Positions 54,473 through 64,000 of a DNA stretch of 64,000 nucleotides are shown in pieces. The notes beneath the pieces are model-generated. The model ran no database searches. It saw only the letters and a program-made list of their open reading frames with translations, and was not told the origin of the DNA. Where the stretch lies: the NCBI GenBank assembly GCA_021613535.1, contig CP075492.1, positions 17,112,001 through 17,176,000 of the forward strand. Reading direction: 5' to 3'. Each line of letters opens with the position of its first letter. Positions within the stretch are counted from its first letter, which is position 1. Position numbers and translations under genes: made by a program. The stretch is from Adineta vaga. Taxonomy: Eukaryota; Animalia; Rotifera.

Positions 54473-55298
54473 ATTAGAATAATTTTATCGTTGTATTTTT
54501 ACTTTTAATAACGAAAAACTCTTGTATAAATAGTCGACGAAATATTGATTATGAGAAAAAGCTTAGTTTCTTTTTCGAAATAAAGAATAGATGAATTCTT
54601 TTTATGCGTCATTTCCATTTTAATACAGACAACATAGTAAGAGAAAAACCCCATCTTTAACAGTTTGTTATTTACATAATTCTTATTTATGTGGAAAAAT
54701 TCACAGAATAATGAAAGACGGCAGAAATATCCGTTCCCACACGGGGTGGTGCGGCGGAGCTCGAAAAAAAAGAGAACTGAAAGAACGTGTTTGAATTATA
54801 TTTATCATCACGATTAGTAGAATTAAAACAAAAAATAGAACCAAGCGTAAAAAGTACTTCTATAATTCATCAAATAAAATTACTAAATAGACGAATAACT
54901 ATTTTGGAAATCATAAAGACAATTCAATTCATTTGATTCTCTTCATATTCTTTTTTACAATAACGTTCGTCGAAGATGACTCGCTTAATCCTTGACTGAG
55001 TTCTTGATCAAAGATAAAACAAGTAACTATCATTTTTCGGATTCGCTTACCCCTTTCTTGACAGAACTTAAAGGGTGAATCATAAGTCGTAGTACCTCTC
55101 AGAAAAAATGTTCAAACTTTGCCATCTTATTCTTTAAAATTGGACCAATATAAGAGAGAAACTTTATCTCATCAGATTCGGCAATAGTAAAATAAATAAT
55201 ATGAAGTTTTGTTATTTTTCGAAAAACAAAGCTGCATGATTAAAATATCCTTCATTGTGTAGATTGTAGAGCTTTTCACGCTGCATCCACAGCAGTAT

Positions 55299-55369
55299 TA
55301 GTGGCGTTATCATGGTAGAGCAAGGTTGGGCTGAACCCAACCAAGCGCCTTTTTCTGGTGACGCCACTA
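55299..55369. mobile_element. Tiny hAT-like MITE
   Basis: TIR tagtggcgt/acgccacta; 8-bp flanks agcagtat / aacagtat; internal hairpin ggttgggctgaacccaacc. Confidence 0.7.
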
Positions 55370-56003
55370 AACAGTATATTTTGTTTTCTTTACAGAACGC
55401 ATCCTATTGTTGAAAAGTAAAACGTAAAAATGACCCATTTACAAGTATTATGCACTGATTTAAATTTTGATAATGAGGAAAACAATTTTCCTACAATATA
55501 ACCTATATTTTAGGATATGGGGTCTATATAATTGATATATAGTACGAAGATCTGTAGTGGTAATAACTACAAATAAATAAAAGCTGCCTTTCAGTTTGCT
55601 TTCGACACCACTTATACTGAAAACGGTCTATATTTTCGAGAGAGCTTCAACAACGTCATGAGAAACTGAATAAATTTATTTTTCAGAAAAATTCAGTAAT
55701 TTTTTTCTTTTCGCCTACTCAGACAGAAGATAAACAAAAAATGGAAAATTTCTCATCATTTGTATTTCTACGTCAATGAATCACGCTATGTCAAAGAAAT
55801 AAGGATGATGGAGTGTATAACGAGTTGAAAAAAAAAGCATATTCACTTTGTAAAAGTGCAATTGGACGTTTATCATTAAGACCTAGACTTTAGCTTTATT
55901 TACCGTTAAATCTTATCGTTTTATAGTGAACTTCAAGATGTGTATTATTATTTTCTAATTAAATATGTCAGATTTAACAATGTCTGTATGATTCTGTTAC
56001 ATT

Positions 56004-56775
56004 TTATTGATTTGTTGACATATTTTCATTAATAACTTCTATGTCATTACAAGCCGATGTATCCGCCGTCAATTCATTGGGAGTGGCATCGGTACCCTCA
56101 CATGGTGGATCATATGAAATGTTAAACATTTCCCTATACTCTTGAGATGTTTTGCCTCTAACCATATATGCAATTGTTTTACAACCGACACTGACTAATG
56201 ATTTGATTCCAAGATAATTCGATGCCTATTCTTAATAATAAAATTCTATTCAATGTGCATAGAAATATAGAATAAAAAATTTAGCATAATAATATCGAAA
56301 AGTGTTCCATCTTTAGCAGTAAATTGTTGCGTAAAATTTAAATCCCATTCACTGATATCATCAGCTCTTAATATAAAATATTTTGTTGTTCTATTTCTTC
56401 AAGCAGAAATCTTCACAATCATTACCGTTTAGATTCATAAATATCCCTATTTGGATCATCATCATCATCATCATCAAATTCTGGTTGAAGATCATTTTTA
56501 TGATGATTGCAAAACTCAATAATCTAAGAATAAAATGAAACAGTTGATCAAAGTAAAAATTCAAATAAACTTACATGTCTTAAAAAGACACTGTTAACTT
56601 TGGATAAAGGCACAGATCCACTAAAACCTTCTTCAATTGGGCAAAAGCATAACAATTGAATCGAAAAGATGAAATACTTACCATCAGAATATAGTTTTAA
56701 TATTGATGATTGTTGTGCAATATTATCATCAATTTCAAATTCTTCTCCATCATTCGATACGACTTTGAATACCAT
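56004..56775 (-). CDS. Divergent Skp1-like protein
   Basis: SNDGEEFEID..S, VPLSKVNS, IIEFCNHH, ISEWD..F, ASNYLGIKSL..GCKTIAYM.RGKT..E.REMFNI; one splice donor near 56284 looks non-canonical. Confidence 0.8.
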
Positions 56776-57788
56776 GTTACTCTATGATCAACACAAGAAA
56801 TAATATGTTGTTAATATTTTGTATGCTTTAATAACGAAAGAATTAGTTGGAAAAAACCTCTTCACGTCTACCGCCAACTAACTGATAATATGAGAAGAAC
56901 AACAAAAAACGCTACTTTGTCAGATAAACAGGTGTCGATAGAAACACGTGAGTACGATAATCAAAATAAACTTGGAAAAAAAGTGCACATTGCATGGTAC
57001 GATGAAGTATTGAAGTATTACTTTTTTTCCCCGAGACTCATCAGCCTCATCCTTCATCCTCTACGAAACCATAGCAACATTAAAATTTTAGGCAGTAGAT
57101 TTATTTTATCATAGTTTTGAATTACACATTCAGTGATTTCTATCAAAGTTTTCTTAGACGATTTCCTTCAACTATCCATCCATTCTGTATGGCTCATGTT
57201 GTTGGCATGAAATCAATACCATTGGGGTCACAGGTAGCCATTTCGTGTATTTTTCCATTTAACACAGCTCTATTACTTTGTATAAACCAAATCCTCCTGA
57301 TAAAGCAAGTTCAATATAAGGATTCGGCGAAGAATTGCTAAAACGTAGATTACAAGCACCAACCTTGCCCTTGTGATCACTGATGATACTGTCATTGTGT
57401 GTGTAGCGCGACATAGATCCAATGATCTTCGCATCTGTTATTTCCATTTTTGCCACACTTCAGTGAAACGTTTTTGAAAATATAGTGTGTTACACTATAG
57501 ACGTAAACTATATAATCTAAAACATTTGAAAAACTTCTCTTATGGGCCAATGTTTTCAATACAAAAATAAAATATATCCAAAGGTATCATAAAAAACCTT
57601 TATATTGTTCTTCAAAAGACGAACATGTCTCTCTCAAAACATAAACGTGGATATCTAATAAAAGTACCTTATCTATCTTCTTTGCATTCTTTCAGTCTAT
57701 TTCTAAAAAGATTGTTTCATTTGAAAAGTTACAACCATTGTAAAAAAGAAAATTTTCTTCAAATAAAATATGTTTCCACGATTATCTT

Positions 57789-59462
57789 ATGTCTCAGATA
57801 GTAATTATCATATAAAAGAGAAGATTTTCGTGTGGTTTGGCTCGATGATCAAATAAATAATAATTATGATTGTCTTGCTATTCGAACAAAATTATTGGAA
57901 CTCAATCCAGCTGCTCAATTCTATGAAAATAACACATGCTGAAAAAATTTTCTTGATCATCTCTGCTGTATATGCAAGACAAAATTTAATCAAACTAAGT
58001 AGTATACTATTTGTACAAGCGACATTTATCTTCTATAAACATCGACAAGATTACCAAGATGATGAAATTCAACATTCGAAAATAATTGGTCGATTTACCA
58101 ATGAAAAAACAATGCATTTACTCTATTCAATCAAAAAGAAAAATCAATAAGAGATTTATCTAAAGAACGAGCGACATTTCTATGGCATCAACTTCTCATT
58201 TATGTTCTTCGACAAATGATAGATGATGAACACGCTAAAAAGGATATGCTCAAGAAATGTATCGATTATTATCGACATAGTCAGAAAGAATTGGAAAATA
58301 TTGAATGATTTCGATCGACATATACACATGAAAGTGCTATTTATTGGTATACGATAGATTCATTCATGTGTACGTTACTCAATAGAGCATTTCGAACAGA
58401 AAATATTCAATTAATTTATGTTTTTCGTTATTTTATTATTGATCTGTGTACTCAACTAGAAAAAAAAAGTTTGAAATTAGAAGAAAACAGTATTTTAAAA
58501 GTCTATCGTTGTCAACAAACTCCTGTTGAAGAATTTAATAAAATACGAAAGAATATCGATAAATTCATAGCACCAAATGGATTTTTTTTCCGCATGAAAA
58601 GATAGGAAAGTTTCGATTATATATGCTGGACAAAGTTTAAAAGAAATGACGGCTGCTCTATTTGAAATATAAGTTAATCTATCGCTACGATCAATCACTT
58701 TAGCAGATATCAAAGAATTAAGCAATTTTAAAGATGAACATGAAGTACTCTTTTCAATTGATTTTGATTCAAATTTGAATCTATGGAAAGTACAATTGAC
58801 GAATACAGATGATGGTTGGGAATATATTGAAGAATATTTACAAATAGCTGAAGATGAAATGAAAGATATGAGTCCAATGATTTTTTTTTGGTAGTCTTCT
58901 TCTCAAACGAACTTGGACAAATTGATTGTGCTGAGAAATATTTTCGTGATCTTCTTAAAACACTTCCATGTGATCATCCAGATATTGCAGCATTAAACAT
59001 CGGACTTGGACATGTATATATAAAACGAGGTGATTATCGTTTAGCATTAGAAAAATATCAACGAGCTTATGAAATTCGTCAAGAAACATTATCAATTTTA
59101 AATCCTCGTATCGCTTCTTCATTGAGAAATTTTGGTAATACATGTCGAGCTATGGGAAATTTTGATCAAGCTCTTTTTTATTTTCGTGAAGCAATGAAAA
59201 TTTATGAAAGAAATTACTCGCCTGATCATATTTGTATTGCAATGACATTTGAAGAAATCGGTTTAACATATCAAGACAAAGCTCAATGGGAAATTGCTTT
59301 AATTTAGTTAAAAGATGCTCTTAAAATTTTCAAACATATTTTACCTTCACAACATCCTCAAATTGCTCATTGTTTAGTTAGTATAGCAAATTTATATAAA
59401 AATATGAAATAATTTGATCTTGCATTAGAATATCTTCATGAAGAATTAAAAATGGATGAAAT
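57789..59462 (+). pseudogene. NAD:arginine ADP-ribosyltransferase + TPR gene, degraded and truncated
   Basis: VVWLD, WYT.DSF..LLNRAFRTENI, VYR, DEHEVLF, TPRs; many stops and frameshifts; ends at a hairpin at 59463. Confidence 0.8.
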
Positions 59463-59686
59463 AGGGTGTGGGTGGGTGGGTGGGTGTGGACTAAGAGATA
59501 TCCACACTCGCACACACATCCACCCTTGAATATATCATGTAATTCATTTGAAAATTCAGATCAACTAGAACAATTCTGTAAAATATTCGAGAATCTTTGT
59601 CATCTTGAATTTTCTTTAAATGAGTGGGTGTAGGTCTCTTGTATTCACAATCTACCACACACCTCACCTACCTACACCCTCAAGAT
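59463..59686. repeat. Two adjacent TGAGGG/TGTGGG hairpins
   Basis: agggtgtgggtggg..cacccttga and tgagtgggtgtagg..caccctcaagat. Confidence 0.8.
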
Positions 59687-59908
59687 GGCGCCATCTATGA
59701 AATATTTACATAGTTTATGTAGATTTGGGATCATTTTTATTTTGTCTAAAGATCTACGATGTTTTCGGCATTATTTTCTGTTTTTCTGAATTTTTATTAG
59801 TCAAGTTTTAAAATAAATAACTGAGATACATAACCAATCTGATAGTTATTCGATACTGTTATAGTTTTCGGTTGGAGATCTCGTCAGTTTTACTAGTTCT
59901 TATCTGGT

Positions 59909-62403
59909 ATGGAGAAAGATAAAAACATTCGCCATATTGATACAAAGGTCGTATCATCATTAAATCTCAAAATATCTGATAATTTCGATGAATATATTAT
60001 AATAATCGTTGGTTTAAATCACGACGAAATTTTATATGATGGTCTTACAAACATGTTAAAGCTGATCGTATAGAATCATTCGATGACGTTGAAAAAAGTC
60101 TTCCATTTATTCAATCTAAATCAAGTATAGATATTTTCTTGATTATTTCAGGCACATTAGGTAAACAGTATATTAATCGAATTATTCATGAAACACAAAT
60201 TATTGCTGCTTATATCTATTGTATGGATAAAAATCAACATGAAAAATGGACAAAAGAAATTCAAAAGGTTCGATATACAACATCCGATCCAACAAAATTA
60301 ATTTATCAACTTCATCAAGATATCAAAAATTTTTCCAACCGATGGCCTTTTGAAGAAAAGTCATTTGAAAAAGCTTCGATATTCTCATCTCAATGGTATC
60401 ATTTATTTCTATATGTGATTTGTAATCGATCTGAATCAATAACATTATCTTATTACAATATGCTTCAGGAATGTCGTAAATATTATGAAAATAATTCATC
60501 GATGATTGCAAAGATCGATCGATTCGCACAACAATATAAACCATCGAAAGCAATTCAAGAATATACACGAAATAGCTTTGTTTATCGTATTGTTAATCAT
60601 GCTCTTCGTACACAAAATATGAGACTTATCAGAATATTTAGTCCGTTCATTCGAGATTTACATTATGAAATATCGAAATATCAATTGAAATATTATCAGA
60701 ATATAAAAAACGAAGAATTAATTCGTAGTGTTTATCGAGGACAATATCTAAGTATTGAACAATTGAATCATCTTCGTTCAGTATGGAAATCCAATAATCC
60801 TATTGTCACATTAACCACATTTGGTTCCACTTCACTTGATCCTGATGTTGCAATCAATTTTGCATCTGAGTCTGATGGTTTGATATCTTGTTTATTTGAA
60901 ATTATCATAAGTGATAATTATAACTATATGGAACATGTCTTTCTTCGTCATGAACAGGTGTTTGCAAATATTTCTTCGTTATCAGACATGCCAGAAGAAC
61001 GAGAAGTTCTCTTTTCTCTTGTTACACATTTTCATATAATAAGTATCGAACATCAGCATAATCATTTGAGCAATTCTTGGGTTTTAATTACATTGAAACT
61101 GGTCGTGGAAGAATATATTCCAAGTTCTTTTAGTGCTTATGATATTATTGAAGAATTGGAAAAATTAAAAGATGTACACATTTATCATGATATTTTGGAT
61201 ATGTTAGAAAAAACCATAAGTGATAAGACAAAATTCGATAATACGAACTGGAAAATATGGTGGAATAATCTGAAGGATCAATGGCATCAGGGTCTTAGAG
61301 ATAAAACACCATTAAATGGGATATTTTACGGCTGTTTTACTAACTCGATATCTTGGTCAAAAGAAGCCATTGAAATGCACAAACGTCTCCTACACACAAT
61401 TCCTGCAATTCAAAATAACCAATCTTCGTTTGATGATTTATATACATTTTCTAACTCCGAGAAGGCAATACCAACAAGATGGATAGCTTTATTTGAAGAA
61501 TTTTTAGAAAATATTTGCAAACCAGATACTAAAAAAGGCCTCATTATTTTCAAAACCGCTGCAGATATGTATTCAAAAATTGGAGACATAGATAATGCAT
61601 TAAAATGTTGTAGAACAGTATTAAACTTCGATCCAAATAATCGTGAAATACAAAGAAAACTGAAAAACTTCGAAAAAACTCAAAAACCTTATCAATCAGG
61701 AAATAACGAACACAGAGAAATATCAAATAATGATTGCGAAGAAGTTTCAGAAGTGTATAAAATGCAGAAAGTATTAGAATCATTGTATCAAATTTACAAA
61801 GAAAAATCTAATGACATTTCTTCTATAGAACCATATATTGGACAAATCGTTCGTTTGGTTAAAAGCATGCAGAAATGGTATGATGCAACTGATTGTAAAA
61901 TTATTCTTCATTTACAGTTCGAGAAAGACGAAGATCTATCGGTGAATGACTATCGATTTAATTTTCTTTCAGCTGTAAGAAGACATATTTCAACAATAAC
62001 TTACGATGGAAGTGACAATCGTTTGCTTTCATTATATCGTTATGAAAAATATATGCATGAATGGATATTACTTGGTCAATTAAAATATTATTTATTACCA
62101 TTTCACAATAAATTTACAAGTATGACTACTGTGTTTCTTCCTCAAATCAATCGATTGGTGAAAAAACTCGCTGTATTAATAAGTATATGTACGATTTATA
62201 TATGCATTGAACCAAATAGTAATGAAATTAACGTCAACAATATTCGCTTTATCGATATGAGCAAAATACAAACGAAACAATATATTTTATCCGATGATCT
62301 GAGAGCACTATCAAGAAATAATTTTATTCCTGATGAAACATATTACGATATACCAAATGACGAAAAATTCATTGCAAGAGACCTTTTTGATTATTTTACT
62401 TAA
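59909..62403 (+). CDS. R-S-E type mono-ADP-ribosyltransferase + TPR protein (one N-terminal frameshift near 60050)
   Basis: YTRNSFVYRIVNHALR, VYRGQ, FGSTS, EEREVLF, TPR; 754-codon open frame. Confidence 0.8.
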
Positions 62404-62467
62404 AAATTCTACAATTTAATATTTGATTTATCCAGAGTGACTCGCTCAATCCTCGACTGAATTAATG

Positions 62468-62537
62468 AATCTTGAGGGTGTGGGTGGGGGTGGCTGGATA
62501 TGTTCAGTCTTCATCCACATCCACACCCACACCCACC
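62468..62537. repeat. TGAGGG/TGTGGG hairpin element
   Basis: aatcttgagggtgtgggtgggggtgg...ccacatccacacccacacccacc. Confidence 0.85.
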
Positions 62538-62858
62538 TTTATTCTCAAAATATTACAAGTAAACTTTTCTCTAACTCAAGTAAGTTTTGCAAAAGAATTC
62601 GTTCTCATCGAAAAATATCAAGAAAAACAGTATCTTCATAGGAAGTTGTACTACTTAAAACATTTAATTTCACATTGATTTTCCCGATAAATATTTTAAA
62701 TTTATCAAATATATATAAATTCAAAAGGCACATTCATATCCTCAAACATTTGAAGAATCTTTTATTGAAAAGTAAAACAATATTATTACAAATTACAAAT
62801 TACAAAATAAGAAGAAATAGATCGATTACGGTCAAATGTCTATCTTTCAGATCTGTTC

Positions 62859-63325
62859 TTAGAATATTTTTTTACATATAAAAGCAATCAATGCTACTAA
62901 TATACAACATCCGCAAATACTTCCAATAATGACACCAATCAGTCCACCGAGTGTCAAAGCTCCCCATCGACGAATACTAGGTCTACAACTTCGAGTAGAA
63001 TCAACACATGAATCAGTCGCTAGTATAGAAAAACAAAATTATTGTTTACTATTCTTTATTTTCTCAACTGCACTTACACGCACAACACCATGGAGCAAAA
63101 GCTGTGCCACAACATCGACCTTAATTAATAAATAAAGAATGAAAACTAGTTTTGAAAAATAACACGAATTTTTCGTTTTTACATACCATTTTTTCCATTA
63201 TATGCTGTACTACAACTTCCTTGTTGATTGCAACAACTTATACATTGAGGAGTTTGTGCCAATGTTAGACTGAAAATCGCAATTAATACGAATAGTATAC
63301 AAAAAACATAGGTTAAAGAGGACAT
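62859..63325 (-). CDS. Small (113 aa) Cys-rich single-pass membrane protein (not in ORF track)
   Basis: Exons 63325-63187, 63119-63078, 63019-62859 in frame: signal peptide, CISCC..C..RCCG..WCC..C..C, TM LGGLIGVIIGSICGCCILVALIAFI. Confidence 0.8.
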
Positions 63326-63589
63326 TTTATGAAGAATCTTTCGTAACAACCGTTAGAAAGAAAAACGAAACGAAGTATATTTCAGATTTGATCAAATCTT
63401 TTATATACGTTTTATTATGAAGAGAACGCAAAAGCAAAAAAGAATGATTTATATGATTTCACTAATATCAGTTATTTTTTATTTCTCTTTTTATCAGTAA
63501 ATCCAATATTTACCATTCAACTATTTTAGGAAGTAAATCTTAACTATTCAAAATCTCGATGATAAGAGAAGACAAAAAATCCACACTCT

Positions 63590-64000
63590 CAAAATGCAAA
63601 TGATCGTTGGAGAAATTTTATGAAAAGGACATTATAGGAGATGATTTTGCAGTGTATTGCGTGGATCTATCCATGTACATTTGATGTTGGATTCAGGACA
63701 GGAAATTGTTGTTCGTGTTGATTAATATCACCACGTTATATATTTTTTTGACCACATCGTTTGCAGCGCATGCATAGTCGATCTAACTCATTAAGTACGA
63801 TACGTGTCGAGAATTGGTAAATTTCTAATGTGGATACTACACTACGACAACTTGAACACGTTCACTGATTATTGATCCATGACTCGATACATTGTTTACA
63901 AAATGTATGACCACTTCTTGCACTCGTTGGTATTTCAAATGGTTGCGTAGAAATTGAACATTTTAATTCGCCATCAATATACTCATACACATCAGATGAT
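63590..64000 (-). pseudogene. RING + TRAF-type zinc-finger pseudogene
   Basis: YEYIDGELKCSISTQPF..GHTFCKQCIESW..*TCSSCR, then LNELDRL..C..CG; stops and frameshifts. Confidence 0.7.

Noticed and set aside
57130-57456. Minus-strand fragment ending in HTEWMDS, faintly like a PI-PLC start
   Set aside because: Short, with multiple stops and no catalytic motif
1-64000. Bacterial origin of the contig, or tRNA/rRNA genes
   Set aside because: Many spliceosomal introns and eukaryotic TEs; no recognisable structural RNA genes

Overview
AT-rich eukaryotic DNA with short GT-AG introns. Gene families (NHL and kelch propellers, F-box/LRR, ART-TPR, pentapeptide, FG-GAP-linked multi-TM, foreign-type hydrolases) point to a bdelloid rotifer; this is an inference. 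It is an accessory, fast-turnover region of intact genes, pseudogenes and TE remnants. Four main observations: (1) an intact six-exon gene encoding signal peptide + NHL beta-propeller + Thr-rich stalk + hedgehog-type Hint/Hog domain + TM tail; (2) two near-identical TG...CA LTRs with reciprocally swapped 5-bp target duplications (GGTAC-LTR-ATAAG...ATAAG-LTR-GGTAC) around 9.46 kb that carries a fungal-type GH51 gene and a RING gene but no gag/pol; (3) about 20 short hairpins built from TGAGGG/TGTGGG units with unique spacers, often just after stop codons or at truncation points; (4) a cluster of ubiquitin-ligase and toxin-like genes. Exon coordinates were worked out by hand.
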